Positions 9,312-19,566 are shown, counted from the stretch's first letter. The stretch is DNA of 64,000 nt from Longimicrobiales bacterium (GCA_965203485.1 OZ241892.1:1760001-1824000); one strand, 5' to 3'. Numbers and translations are program-made. The notes: generated by a model not told the origin, from the sequence alone.

Positions 9312-10625
9312 ATGGAGCCCATGCCTTCTCTTTCCAGCCTGATCGAACGCGTGGTCAAGCCGCCGTACATCTGCGCGCGCTTGGCCGAGGAGCGGATCCG
9401 CGGCGGGATCGCGTGGTGGCCGCTGGGACGCCGATACCTCGCCGATCCGTATCCTTTTCTGCACCGCTTGCGCGAGAAGAACCCCTGCCACCGCAGTCCG
9501 CTGACCAAGATGTTCCTCGTGTCGCGCTACGAGGACGTCGACCGCATTCTCCGCGACCACAAGCGCTTCAGCAACGATCTACGACGCGGGACGCGGGCCC
9601 GCCGCTCGGCCCCGCGCTCCAAGCTGGTTCCCAGCATGCTCTCGCTGGACCCGCCCGACCACACGCGCCTGCGCGGACTTGTCAACCGGGCCTTCACGCC
9701 CCGCCAAGTCGCCAAGATGGAGGACTACGTCCGAAGCGCCGCGCACCGGCTTTTGGACGAGGCGACCGGGGCGGGCCGCGCGAACTCCAGCGCCGAATTC
9801 GACCTCATGGCATCGTTCGCCGCACCGTTGCCCACTCTGGTGATCGCGCGCATGATCGGCGTGCCGGACGACGACATCGGCCGCTTCAAGGACTGGTCCG
9901 ACCGCTTCGCCCGTGCGCTGGAGCCCATCCTTACCGAGCGCGAGGCCCAGGACATGTTCCGGGCAAGCGCTCAGTTCGCCGACTACTTCGCGGACGTGAT
10001 CGAAGAGCGCCGCAAGAGCCCCAGAGACGATCTGGTGTCCCGGCTCGTGGAGGCCGAGTACGAGGAGAACCGCCTGACCTCGGAGGAGACGCAGGTGATG
10101 CTGCGCCTCCTGCTGGTGGCCGGCAACGAGACTACCACCAACCTCGTCGGCAACGGCATGCTGGCCCTGCTTCGCCGCCCTGAGCAGATGCAGGCGTTGC
10201 GCGACCAGCCCGGCCTGCTCAAGGACGCGGTCGAGGAGCTCGTCCGCTTCGACTCGCCGGTTCAGGTGGATGGCCGCTTTGCCACCGAGGACGTGGAGGT
10301 CGGCGGCCGAGCCGTGCCGGCGGGATCGCAGGTGGCTTTGCTGCTCGGCGCGGCCAACCGCGATCCGGCCCGCTTCGAACGCCCCGACGAACTGGACCCC
10401 ATGCGCCCCGACAAGGGCAACATTTCGTTCGGGCGCGGCATCCACCATTGCCTGGGCGCGCCCTTGGCCAGGCTCGAAGGCCGAGTCGCGCTGGAAGTCC
10501 TGCTGGAACGCTTCGCCGACATTCAGCTGGGCGGCCGACCGCCCGTCTTCTCGCGCACAATCGTGTTGCGCGGCCTCGAACACCTGGACGTGCGGGCGAC
10601 CCTGCGCCGGACCGCAACCACCTGA
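9312..10625 (+). CDS. Cytochrome P450
   Basis: LDPPDHTRLR, AGNETT (I helix), EELVR (ExxR), FGRGIHHCLGAPLARLE heme-Cys motif; start could be 9312 or 9321. Confidence 0.95.
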   Translation: MEPMPSLSSLIERVVKPPYICARLAEERIRGGIAWWPLGRRYLADPYPFLHRLREKNPCHRSPLTKMFLVSRYEDVDRILRDHKRFSNDLRRGTRARRSAPRSKLVPSMLSLDPPDHTRLRGLVNRAFTPRQVAKMEDYVRSAAHRLLDEATGAGRANSSAEFDLMASFAAPLPTLVIARMIGVPDDDIGRFKDWSDRFARALEPILTEREAQDMFRASAQFADYFADVIEERRKSPRDDLVSRLVEAEYEENRLTSEETQVMLRLLLVAGNETTTNLVGNGMLALLRRPEQMQALRDQPGLLKDAVEELVRFDSPVQVDGRFATEDVEVGGRAVPAGSQVALLLGAANRDPARFERPDELDPMRPDKGNISFGRGIHHCLGAPLARLEGRVALEVLLERFADIQLGGRPPVFSRTIVLRGLEHLDVRATLRRTATT

Positions 10626-10694
10626 CTCGCGACGCGGCAGGGGCCCTCGCACACTCCCGTGGACGCGCGGGCTACGCGTCGGCCGACCTTCGGC

Positions 10695-11195
10695 TCAGCG
10701 TCCCGCCAACCGCCTCGCCAGGTCCGCTAGTCCAGCAAACGACACCCTGAAGCTCCGGTCGCCGTCCCCGCTTCCGTCGTCGCCCGCGTCCCCGCCCTGG
10801 ATGCCCAGGGCCGCCAGCGCGAGCAACGCCGCGCCCCCCGCGATCACGGCGCCCAGCACCGTGCTCTTGGCCCTCGAGAACTCGCGCACCTCGATGCGCG
10901 TCGTCCCCTCGACCGGAATGCGCAACGTGTCGTCGCGCACGACTTCTCGATACGCGCCGATGTCGCGCCGTATCTTCGTCGCCAGCACGATGGAGTCCCC
11001 GTACTCGACCACGATCCCTTCGACCGACGCCGTCTCCGGCGCCTCGTTGGGATCGTCCGCCGCCGACAACACCGGCACGTGCACGCGGGCGACGGCCCCC
11101 GGCGCCGGCGCGTCGACCCGGTACGTGTAGCATCCCGCCAACGCGCCCAAGAACGCGACGGCGGCTACGGATCGGTACCGCCGAAACCCCGTCAC
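10695..11195 (-). CDS. Hypothetical lipoprotein
   Basis: Lipobox LAGC; C-terminal hydrophobic helix; last gene of the susC/susD run. Confidence 0.65.
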   Translation of the reverse strand: MTGFRRYRSVAAVAFLGALAGCYTYRVDAPAPGAVARVHVPVLSAADDPNEAPETASVEGIVVEYGDSIVLATKIRRDIGAYREVVRDDTLRIPVEGTTRIEVREFSRAKSTVLGAVIAGGAALLALAALGIQGGDAGDDGSGDGDRSFRVSFAGLADLARRLAGR

Positions 11196-11702
11196 CTACA
11201 GCTCCACGTCGAGCGAGCGCGACAGCCGGTGGTTGAAAGAGTACGCGAACCGCCAGGGCACGTCGGGAAACACTCCGCCCATCTCGTCCAACAGGCTGCG
11301 GTCGTCCACGTTCACGAGCACCCGCACTACAAGGGTGTCGCCGCCGATCGTTTCCGCTTGGCCGAACCACCGCCGTTCGACCGAGATGTCGATCACCGTG
11401 TCGAAGGGCAGCGTGTGCACGACCGTGTCGGACCGGACAACCTGCACCCGCGTGACACCGGTCTCGGTGATGCCCACAACGAACTGCTTGGAGTAGATGA
11501 GCCGCACCTGCTTGCCGGCGTCGCCCCGCATCGCCAGCGAAATGTTGCGGGGCGTGGGGTCCTTGAACGCACTGCAGGCCCAAGAGGCCACGGCAAGGGC
11601 CGTCGTCGCCAATGCCCACGACGACGCCGACAAGCGCGACCGCCTCGCGGCGCCGCGACGAGAGCGGGCGCACCCGCCAACCTGCACGGATGCGCCCGCC
11701 AT
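11196..11702 (-). CDS. Hypothetical lipoprotein
   Basis: ATG at 11702 just after the susD stop; lipobox-like SWAC; beta-rich mature part. Confidence 0.6.
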   Translation of the reverse strand: MAGASVQVGGCARSRRGAARRSRLSASSWALATTALAVASWACSAFKDPTPRNISLAMRGDAGKQVRLIYSKQFVVGITETGVTRVQVVRSDTVVHTLPFDTVIDISVERRWFGQAETIGGDTLVVRVLVNVDDRSLLDEMGGVFPDVPWRFAYSFNHRLSRSLDVEL

Positions 11703-11707
11703 CTTCG

Positions 11708-13054
11708 TCAGCCTCCGCAACCGAGCCCGTTGAGGTGGCAATTCGCCCGAATCTCGATGATCGAGATCGGGAGCATCTCGCCCGGCCTCGCGATCGTCGG
11801 ATTCGTCGCCAGCCACTTCGGGTCCCTGATGCCGAACCGGTACATGTCGGCAAGGCGCAGGCCCTGCAGCAACACGTTCACGCGGCGCGTGTGCTTCAAC
11901 ATCTCCATGTCCTCGATCTGCCCGCTGAATGGGGTCAGCTTGTCCATCGCCCGGATGTGGTTGACGTGCGTCCGGAACGCTTCGCTGTTGCCGCCCGCCA
12001 AAGCGTTCTCGGCCAGGATCAGGTGCATCATCCGCGTCGACGCCACGGTCAGCGGTGGGTAGACGCCGCCCTTGGCCAAGTAGCTTCCGCCCTTCCACTG
12101 GTTCAACCACTTGATCACGGCCGGATCGTCCACGTTGTCGATCGGATCTTGCAACGCGATTCCGTTGATGTCGCCCCCGGCCGTGACCGTAACGATCGAC
12201 TGGTCGATCTGGTTCTCCTTGCGGTCGTTCACCCAGGATGCCATCGAGTTGGCGCGGCTGGTGGCCGAGTACTCCAGGTTGAACATCCAGTCGGCGGAGT
12301 TGCCGCCGGCGGCGGCGATCACCGCCATCGCGTCGGCACCGGCGTCGGCCGAATTGACCAGCCCGTTGCCCGAAGGCGACGGGTTGATGGCGTTCCAAAT
12401 GGCGCGCGACTGATGCGCTCGGGCTCGCACCGCCATCGCCTGCGTGGCCATGGCGCTCTCGTTCACCGAGTTGAAGCCGTTGATCGCCGCCGTCAAGCGC
12501 GTGATCGCGCCGTCGAGCACCTGGTGCATGTTGGCGGGACCCACCGGCGCGCCGCTCTCCTTCTTGTTGGAGAACGCGAAGTCCTCCTGGATCTCCCCGA
12601 TCACCATGTACATGATGCCCGAGTAGAAGTTCGCCCGGGCCAAGTCCGTCGTAATCGCCTTGGACGGGTTGTTGCCGTGATGCTCGGTCAGGATCTCGAT
12701 CGCCTGGTCGCTCATCCAGCGGCCCTGCCCCATCGCCGGGAACGGCCCGTCGATGAACTCGTTCAGCGGGTCGCCCACGGCGCCCTGGTCCAGCGCGAAC
12801 CAGGCGTCGCGCGATCCGATCCAGTACATCTCGTCGGACGCCACGAGGTAGGGTTGCCAGGACTGCGAGACCGACGAGGCCACCAGCGTCTGCGCGCCGT
12901 TGACCACCGCGTTGGCGGCGGCCTCCTGCCTGACGTCGTCCTCGACCAAATCGTTGGGGTTGTTCACGTCCAGCAGGTCGCAACCCGCGAGGACGGACGC
13001 CACGCCGATCGCTACGGACGAAGCGGTCCACTTCTTGAGAATCTGCTTCTTCAT
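11708..13054 (-). CDS. susD: SusD/RagB-like outer membrane lipoprotein
   Basis: Lipobox LAGCDLLDVNNPN; MHLILAENAL..HVNHIR and LLQGLRLADMYRFG..LPISIIE C-terminal SusD motifs; directly downstream of susC. Confidence 0.85.
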   Translation of the reverse strand: MKKQILKKWTASSVAIGVASVLAGCDLLDVNNPNDLVEDDVRQEAAANAVVNGAQTLVASSVSQSWQPYLVASDEMYWIGSRDAWFALDQGAVGDPLNEFIDGPFPAMGQGRWMSDQAIEILTEHHGNNPSKAITTDLARANFYSGIMYMVIGEIQEDFAFSNKKESGAPVGPANMHQVLDGAITRLTAAINGFNSVNESAMATQAMAVRARAHQSRAIWNAINPSPSGNGLVNSADAGADAMAVIAAAGGNSADWMFNLEYSATSRANSMASWVNDRKENQIDQSIVTVTAGGDINGIALQDPIDNVDDPAVIKWLNQWKGGSYLAKGGVYPPLTVASTRMMHLILAENALAGGNSEAFRTHVNHIRAMDKLTPFSGQIEDMEMLKHTRRVNVLLQGLRLADMYRFGIRDPKWLATNPTIARPGEMLPISIIEIRANCHLNGLGCGG

Positions 13055-13073
13055 GGTTCGCATTCCCTCCCAG

Positions 13074-16000
13074 TCAGAACGCGACGCGCGCGGAAAAGGT
13101 GAGCCGTCGCGGAATCGGGGGCGACCAGCCTTCCGTGGAATCCAGGAAGTTGCAGCTGAGGCCGCTGTTGCAACGACCCAGCACGTTGGTCTCCGGGTCC
13201 ATTCCGGGATAGTCGCCCAACATGAACAGCCAGAGGTTGCGGACGCCGAGGTTCAACGTGGCGCTGGACAGCCCGAGGTCGGCCACCGAGGCCGTCGGCA
13301 CGCGGTAGGTCAGTCCCAGCTCGCGCCAGTTGATCCAGCTGGCGTCGTAGATGCCGTTCATTCCGCTCATCGGCGCCAGTCCCTCGATCTCCTTGGCCCA
13401 CGCAACGGCGGCGTCCAAGCGCTGCTCGGCCGACGACGCCGGATTGAGCATGATCGAGTAGAGCTCGGCGCTGCGCGGCGTGTTGCGGCCGATGAAGTTG
13501 TTGGCCCGCCGAAACATGCCCGACAGGTCCTGCACCTGGTGGCCGATCTTGTACTCCATGAGCGAGCTGAGCTCGAAGTTGCCGCCGAAAGCCATGTTGA
13601 ACCCGAAGGATCCCGCGAAGTCGGGCGTCGGCTTGCCCAGGTAGCTCAGGAGCAGGCCCTCGCCGCAGTTGTTCGACGCCAACCCGCCGTTGGGAACGCC
13701 GAAGGCGCCTGTCGCGTCGTTGCCGATGGCCAAGGGCTTGAAGCTGTTGGGGTTGCGGGGCTGGCTGAAGTATTCCAGCGCCTGCTGGCGCGTGGGCACC
13801 ATGCAAGTCCCTAGAGAATCCGGCGCCAAGATGTTCAGCGGAATCTCCACGTCGGCGATCTTCGCACCGAAGAACGCGCCAGGGGTGTAGCCCTCGGTCA
13901 AGTAGTTCCGGTAGCGCGGATAGCTGCCGCCGGTCTTCAGCGGCGGCGCGCCGCCCATGTCGCTGATCTCCTCGTTCAGGTAGGCCGTGTTGGCGAACAC
14001 GTTGAGCGAGAAGCCCTCGCGCTGGACCAAGGAGCCGTTGACGCCGACCTCGACGCCCCACGCCTTCATCTCGCCGATGTTGTCGAGCTGCGTCCTGGTG
14101 AAGCCGCCCGTGACCGGAAACTGGCGCGCAACCATCGCGTCGCTGACCGTTCGGTTCCAGTAGTCTAGCTGCACCGACCAAGTGTCCTCGAAGAGGCCGA
14201 GCTCGACGCCCGCTTCGATCTCGGTGGAGATCTCGGGCTTGAGGCCGGCGTTGCCCAGGTTGGCAGGCGCGACGCCGGGTCCGCTCTCGGACCCCTGCGA
14301 CGTGAAGGTCGTGAACTTGTCGAACGCGCCCGGCTGGAGGCCGGAGCGCCCGAATGCGGTCCGGAAGCGGACGGTCGAGAACATGTCGTTCGACCAGCCC
14401 AGGCCCTGGCTGGGGACGATGGAGAGCGTGGCCTTCGGGTAGAACGCCGTGCTGAACTCCGAGCCGAACGCCGAGTTCGCGTCCCACCGCCCGCCGAGCG
14501 TCAGGAACATCCAGTCGTCGAAGCCGATCTGATCCTGCAAGTAGCCGCCGATCTGCGTTACGCGCAACCAGAACTCGTTCGAACTCTCCGATCCGAGCGC
14601 GGAGAGCGTCTCCAAGCCGGGACCGGGGAAGTCGCGGCCGCCACCGCCGGCCGTCTGGCGCTGGCGGAGGAAGCCCTGGCCTCCGAAGAGGAACGTGTTC
14701 TCGATCCTGTCGGTCGCCCAGATGTAAGAGCCCTTGAGGTCGGCCGTGATCTCGCGGCTGCGGGCCTCTTCCACGGTCCGGCTGCCGATCGGCGTTGAGC
14801 CGGAGTAGTTGTCGACGTTCCACCGATACGGCCGGAAGCTCACCGCGTCGTCGGACGTGAAGTCCACGCCGAAAATCGCCTCCAAGCGCAGGTCCTCGGT
14901 CGGCGTGTACTGGACGTTCGTCGTGCCCGTGAAGTGCTGCGAGTTCGTGAAGTTGAGCTGGTACATGTTCTCGCGCAACGTGGCGAACGCCGGCTGGCCG
15001 TACTTGTTGACCTCGCCGTCTGCGTTCGGCTCTTCGTGTGCCTTGCGCAACTGCATCATGAGCGCCGACGAGAACACGCCGTAGATGTTGTTCGAGTTGT
15101 CGGGCGTGTGGTGCTCCATGTCGGCGTACATCATGCTCATGCCGATCCTCACCTTGTCGTTCGGAATGACGGTGAAGTTCGTGTTCGCCGAGACGCGGCG
15201 GTTCGTGTCCGTCTCGGGCTCGTATCCCTCGACGGGCTCGAAGTTCTGGGCCGCGTCATACGAGCCGTCTTCGGTGACCAGCCGACTCGATACGAAGTAC
15301 TGGAACCGGTCGGAACCGCCCGAAATGGAACCCTGGTAGGACTGGCCGAATCCCGTGGTCAGCATGTCCGGAATCAGGTCCCGGACCACCGGATCCCACG
15401 GAGTGACCGACTGCCCCCACCGCTCCGACATGCGGGCGATGGTCGCCGCCAGGGTCGCCGCGTCGGCGGCGCCAGTGCACCCGGGCGTGCCGCACTCCCG
15501 TCCCGCGAAGTCGGCAAGCGGAAGGATGCGGTTGGTCGGCGTCGAAATCGCCGTCCAGTCGCCCTGCAACGTGAAGCGCGGCGCGCCTGCCCGGCCCCGC
15601 TTCGTGAAGACCTGAATGACGCCGTTGGAGGCTTCGGTGCCGTAGAGCGTGGCGGCCGACGCGCCCTTCAGGATTTCGATGCGCTCGATGGCGCTGGGCG
15701 GAATATCGTCGAGCCTCGACGGATTCCCCTGCCCGTTGAAGTTCTGGACCGCCGAGCGGTCGATGCGTACGCCGTCCAAGTAGACGATCGGCTCGTTGAG
15801 CTGCGACAGCGACGCCGAGCCGCGGATTCGGATGCGCGCGCCCTCGCCGGTGTAGCCGGACGACGGAAGCGCCACCACGCCGGCTTCGCGGCCCGCCAGC
15901 AATTGGCTGAAGTCCGAGATCGGCGCGTTCTCCACCTCCGTCACGTCCAGCGTGGCGATGCTGTGGCCGAGCTTGCGCTTCTCGGTGGCGAGGCCCGCGC

Positions 16001-16373
16001 CCGTGACCACGATCTCGTTGAGCTCGATCGCCGTCGCCTGCAACGAAATGTCGGCTTGAGTCGTCTGGCCCGCCGCCACGGTGATCGTCCGCCGGGCTTC
16101 GCTGTAGCCCACGGACCGCGCGAGGAGCGTGTACTCTCCGGGCGGCACCTGGAGCAGGAGGAACCGCCCGGCCGCCGTAGTGAGCGTGCCGAACGAAGTC
16201 CCCTCGAGCGCGACGTACACGGCGTCGAGGGAACGCGACGTGGCCTCGTCTTGGACAAGGCCCTGCACGGTCCCGGCGGCCTGCTGGGCCGCGACCCGGG
16301 ACGGCGCCCCGCTTCCAAGCGCGACCACTGCGGCCGCGACGAGGGCGAGGCTGGCTGACATGCGAGACTTCAT
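13074..16373 (-). CDS. susC: SusC/RagA family TonB-dependent receptor
   Basis: Carboxypeptidase-regulatory-like N domain, LNEIVVTG, RIRIRG, IERIEILKGASAATLYGTEASNGVIQVFTKRG plug signature, C-terminal Phe. Confidence 0.95.
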   Translation of the reverse strand: MKSRMSASLALVAAAVVALGSGAPSRVAAQQAAGTVQGLVQDEATSRSLDAVYVALEGTSFGTLTTAAGRFLLLQVPPGEYTLLARSVGYSEARRTITVAAGQTTQADISLQATAIELNEIVVTGAGLATEKRKLGHSIATLDVTEVENAPISDFSQLLAGREAGVVALPSSGYTGEGARIRIRGSASLSQLNEPIVYLDGVRIDRSAVQNFNGQGNPSRLDDIPPSAIERIEILKGASAATLYGTEASNGVIQVFTKRGRAGAPRFTLQGDWTAISTPTNRILPLADFAGRECGTPGCTGAADAATLAATIARMSERWGQSVTPWDPVVRDLIPDMLTTGFGQSYQGSISGGSDRFQYFVSSRLVTEDGSYDAAQNFEPVEGYEPETDTNRRVSANTNFTVIPNDKVRIGMSMMYADMEHHTPDNSNNIYGVFSSALMMQLRKAHEEPNADGEVNKYGQPAFATLRENMYQLNFTNSQHFTGTTNVQYTPTEDLRLEAIFGVDFTSDDAVSFRPYRWNVDNYSGSTPIGSRTVEEARSREITADLKGSYIWATDRIENTFLFGGQGFLRQRQTAGGGGRDFPGPGLETLSALGSESSNEFWLRVTQIGGYLQDQIGFDDWMFLTLGGRWDANSAFGSEFSTAFYPKATLSIVPSQGLGWSNDMFSTVRFRTAFGRSGLQPGAFDKFTTFTSQGSESGPGVAPANLGNAGLKPEISTEIEAGVELGLFEDTWSVQLDYWNRTVSDAMVARQFPVTGGFTRTQLDNIGEMKAWGVEVGVNGSLVQREGFSLNVFANTAYLNEEISDMGGAPPLKTGGSYPRYRNYLTEGYTPGAFFGAKIADVEIPLNILAPDSLGTCMVPTRQQALEYFSQPRNPNSFKPLAIGNDATGAFGVPNGGLASNNCGEGLLLSYLGKPTPDFAGSFGFNMAFGGNFELSSLMEYKIGHQVQDLSGMFRRANNFIGRNTPRSAELYSIMLNPASSAEQRLDAAVAWAKEIEGLAPMSGMNGIYDASWINWRELGLTYRVPTASVADLGLSSATLNLGVRNLWLFMLGDYPGMDPETNVLGRCNSGLSCNFLDSTEGWSPPIPRRLTFSARVAF

Positions 16374-16503
16374 GTGGTCTCTCCTTAAGTGGGAGGTGGT
16401 GGGTACAGATCACCCTGGGTGTCGAAAATCTATCGGCGAGCCGCAACGCTTCGGGTTCCGGCGAGCAGGGTGCCGCGTCGGGCGGTGTCGCCGCCGCCCA
16501 TTA

Positions 16504-16532
16504 ATGTTGAATGCGCCGCGCGGGCGCGTCAA
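16504..16532 (-). promoter_or_regulatory. Possible sigma70-type promoter for susC (TTGACG-N17-CAACAT)
   Basis: Good -35, weak -10, exact 17-bp spacer, in an AT-richer patch about 130 bp before the susC start. Confidence 0.3.
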
Positions 16533-16543
16533 GCGAGGCAGGT

Positions 16544-16930
16544 TCATCGGAGCCTGGCCACGGCGTCGATCTCCACGTCCACGCCCTTGGGCAGTCCCTT
16601 GACCGCGACCGTCGAGCGAGCGGGCTTGTGGTCGCCGAAGCCGCGTTCGTAGGCGGCGTTCATCGCGCCGAAGAGGGCCATGTCGGAAAGAAACACTGTC
16701 GTCTTGACCACGGTGTCCAAACCGCCGCCCGCCGCGTCCAGCACGGCGGCCAGGTTGGCGAGAACGCGGTTGGTCTGGGTGGCCACGTCGCCCTGGACGA
16801 GCGCGCCCGTGTCCGGGTCGAGCGGGATCTGGCCCGACGCGAAGACCCAGCCGTCCGAGACGACGGCCTGCGAGTAGGGACCGAGCGCCCCCGGAGCGCG
16901 GGGGGTGTCGACCGGAGTCGCATCTGGCAT
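16544..16930 (-). CDS. ridA: RidA/YjgF family enamine deaminase
   Basis: APGALGPYSQAV, SGQIPLDP, VVKTTVFL, PARSTV..LPKGVDVEIDAVA. Confidence 0.93.
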   Translation of the reverse strand: MPDATPVDTPRAPGALGPYSQAVVSDGWVFASGQIPLDPDTGALVQGDVATQTNRVLANLAAVLDAAGGGLDTVVKTTVFLSDMALFGAMNAAYERGFGDHKPARSTVAVKGLPKGVDVEIDAVARLR

Positions 16931-17038
16931 TGGAAGGCGGCCTCGCATGGGCGGGCGGAAGGTTTGCGCAATGGGCGGCACGTCGCCCGGTTGCGCAACA
17001 ACATGGGCCCATGGCGCCGCCGCCGTCCAGTCCGGCCT

Positions 17039-18106
17039 TCACCCGCTTGCGGCCTCCAGCGACTCGCGGATCGCCGAGGCCGTGACCGCTGTCGCGCCCA
17101 CGGTCGCCAAGCCCGCGGCGGCTCCATGGGCCGACCAGCGCACCGCGTCGCCCATCGACGCGCCCGCGGCCAGCGACACGGCCACCACCGCCGAGACCGT
17201 GTCGCCGGCGCCGGAGACGTCGTACACCGTGCGCGGGACCACGCGCACACGGTCCACGCCGCCTTCCGCGGACGCCAGCGCCATCCCGTCGGCGCCCAGC
17301 GTGAGCAGCAGATGGCGGCAACCGGCGCGCGCGCGGGCCCGCTCCATCCACTGCGGGTCGTCGGGCCGGGCGGGTTCGCCGAGCGCGTGCTCCAGCTCGT
17401 GGCGGTTCGGCTTGAGGACGGTCGCTCCGGCGTAGGCGAAGAAGCGCCGCCGCTTGGGGTCGGCCACGACGGGAATGCTCCGCGCCGCCGCCAAGTCCAG
17501 CGCCGGGCGGACGACGCCGGCCGTCAGGGAGCCCTTGTCGTAGTCCGCGAGGATCAGCGCGTCGGCGCCGGACAGGCGCCGCTTCAGCCGGAACGCCAGC
17601 GCATCCGCGACCTGCTCCCCGTGGTCGTCGTCGCGCTCGCGGTCCACTCGCACCACCTGCTGGCCCTGCGAAAGCACCCTGGTCTTGACCGGGGTGGGCC
17701 GCCCGGGCGAAGCGACGAACTCGTGTCCGACGCCGGACTTCGCCAGCTCCCGGGCGAGCGCGCGGCCGGCGTCGTCGTCGCCCGCAACGCCCACCAAGTC
17801 GCACTGGGCTCCCAATCCGCGGACGTTGGCCGCCACGTTGGCCGCGCCGCCCGGCACGTCCCATTCCCTCTCCACGAGGACGACCGGCACCGGCGCCTCC
17901 GGAGAGACCCGGTCGGTCGCGCCTTCCACGTACCGGTCCAGCATGACGTCGCCGAGCACCACCACGCGGCGCTGCGAGAAGCCCGCCGCGGCCTCGGCGA
18001 AGCGGGCAACGTCGCCCGCCGGGCCCGCGGGACTTGCCGTTCGGGCGCTCTTGGGTTCCGCTGAGCTCGCGGCGCCAAGTCCCCTTCGCGCCCGGACGGC
18101 GGTCAC
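17039..18106 (-). CDS. hldA: D-glycero-beta-D-manno-heptose-7-phosphate kinase (PfkB family, RfaE domain I)
   Basis: VVVLGDVMLDRY..RVSPEAPVPVV, PGGAANVAAN, DYDKG, DPK, KPNRHE, VYDVSGAGDTV; GTG start overlaps the upstream stop. Confidence 0.88.
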   Translation of the reverse strand: MTAVRARRGLGAASSAEPKSARTASPAGPAGDVARFAEAAAGFSQRRVVVLGDVMLDRYVEGATDRVSPEAPVPVVLVEREWDVPGGAANVAANVRGLGAQCDLVGVAGDDDAGRALARELAKSGVGHEFVASPGRPTPVKTRVLSQGQQVVRVDRERDDDHGEQVADALAFRLKRRLSGADALILADYDKGSLTAGVVRPALDLAAARSIPVVADPKRRRFFAYAGATVLKPNRHELEHALGEPARPDDPQWMERARARAGCRHLLLTLGADGMALASAEGGVDRVRVVPRTVYDVSGAGDTVSAVVAVSLAAGASMGDAVRWSAHGAAAGLATVGATAVTASAIRESLEAASG

Positions 18107-19404
18107 CGCGGCGTCTGCCAGCCGGCCAGCGAGAACACCGCCGTCCGCACCCGTCCTGCCCCCTCCGTGTCGGTCCAGGCGGCCAACAACCGGTCCGTTC
18201 CCAGCCGCGCGATGCGCGGGAAGCCGGACGCCCGTTCGGCGGACACGCCAGCCAACCGGCGCGCCGCCCCCGCAGCGCCGTCCGCGGCTACGCGCCTCGC
18301 CAGCACGGACGGCGCGCCGCCGCCCTCCATCCACGAAACAAGAGCCGAGCCGTCGTCCAGCAGCAGCACGTCCGTCCGGCCGAGCGGCGACCCGGCGTCC
18401 ACCGGCGCGGGCGGGCCGAACGTCGCTCCGCCGTCTTGCGAGAAGGCCACGTTCACCCGAGCCCGCCCGTCCGGCGCCGTGAACCACGCCACCGCCACGG
18501 TCGCCCCGAGCGCCGCGACCGCTGGTCCGTTGACCGGACACCCCGGAAACACCCATCCGTCCCGGTGCACCGGCACGCTCTCGGTCCAGCCCGCCGCCAG
18601 CCGCCTCGACACGTGCACGTCGCGAACCTCGTCGTCCGAGCGGTTCCGAAAGACCAGCAACGGCACGCCGTCCGCGATCACGCCGCCGGTTTGGCAGCAT
18701 TCGCAGGTCCTCGCGTCCACGACCTCCTCGGCACCGGCCGGTCCGCGCACGGGAACACGGCGCGCCCGCAGAGCCATGGCGCCGCCCTCCTGGACCATCG
18801 CCCGTCCGTCCAGCCACGCCGCCCACGTCCCGGAGCCGTCGCCGAAGACCGACACGAAGCCGTGCTCCGTGGGCGTGTCGTCGCCGTGCGGCGTCCATGG
18901 AGGCGACCACGCGCGGCCGGCGTCGGGCGACCACGCCAGTCGCACGCCATAATCGTAGACGCCGCCGCCCTGCCGGTGCAGCCAGTGCGCCACGAGGAAG
19001 TCGCCGACCGGCTGAACGGACGGAAAGTCGGCCCAGTTGACGAAGAACGAATCGGCCTCGGCCACGGTGGCGGGCGGACCCCACGCTTCGCCGTCGAAGA
19101 AGGCGGCCGCCACGCGATGCCCGGCGCCCCGCGGCTCGATCCAGCTCATCCAGGCGCCGTCGCCGGCCGCCGCGAGGAAGGGTTGCCCGCTGCCGTCCGC
19201 GACGGGCGGGTCGCCGCCCGGGCCTGCCAAGGCCGCTTCGAGCACGCCGGGCGCAGCCGAGTCCGTTCCGCCTTCCCCGGCGGCGCGGTCACCCGGGCTG
19301 GAGTCGCACGCGGCGAGGATCCCAGCGGCCGCCGCGGCGGCGAGCGGGCGGACGACCAGCCGAGGGACGACTTCGCGGGGCGAGGGAATGCCGGGTAGGG
19401 CCAC
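18103..19404 (-). CDS. BNR-repeat/sialidase-like lipoprotein
   Basis: Lipobox LAAC; FFVNWADFPS, SPDAGRAW and SQDGGATF Asp boxes, TCECC and GCPVNGP motifs; start approximate. Confidence 0.75.
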   Translation of the reverse strand: MALPGIPSPREVVPRLVVRPLAAAAAAGILAACDSSPGDRAAGEGGTDSAAPGVLEAALAGPGGDPPVADGSGQPFLAAAGDGAWMSWIEPRGAGHRVAAAFFDGEAWGPPATVAEADSFFVNWADFPSVQPVGDFLVAHWLHRQGGGVYDYGVRLAWSPDAGRAWSPPWTPHGDDTPTEHGFVSVFGDGSGTWAAWLDGRAMVQEGGAMALRARRVPVRGPAGAEEVVDARTCECCQTGGVIADGVPLLVFRNRSDDEVRDVHVSRRLAAGWTESVPVHRDGWVFPGCPVNGPAVAALGATVAVAWFTAPDGRARVNVAFSQDGGATFGPPAPVDAGSPLGRTDVLLLDDGSALVSWMEGGGAPSVLARRVAADGAAGAARRLAGVSAERASGFPRIARLGTDRLLAAWTDTEGAGRVRTAVFSLAGWQTPR

Positions 19405-19540
19405 GGATCGTTCGAATCGAGTTCGAGGGGCGGTTTCGGGCGGGACGGGCGGGCGGCACGCGAGGAGGTCCCGACCCGGTGTTATCGTAACGAGATCGCG
19501 GTCGATCGCACGAGTTCGCGGTTGCGGCGCGGGCGTGCCG

Positions 19541-19566
19541 GGAACTTTCGCGCGCCTCCGGGCGTA
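19541..19566 (+). promoter_or_regulatory. Candidate ECF-sigma promoter GGAAC-N17-CGTA
   Basis: ggaactttcgcgcgcctccgggcgta upstream of the Omp85-fusion gene; fits the generic ECF AAC/CGT pattern. Confidence 0.35.
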
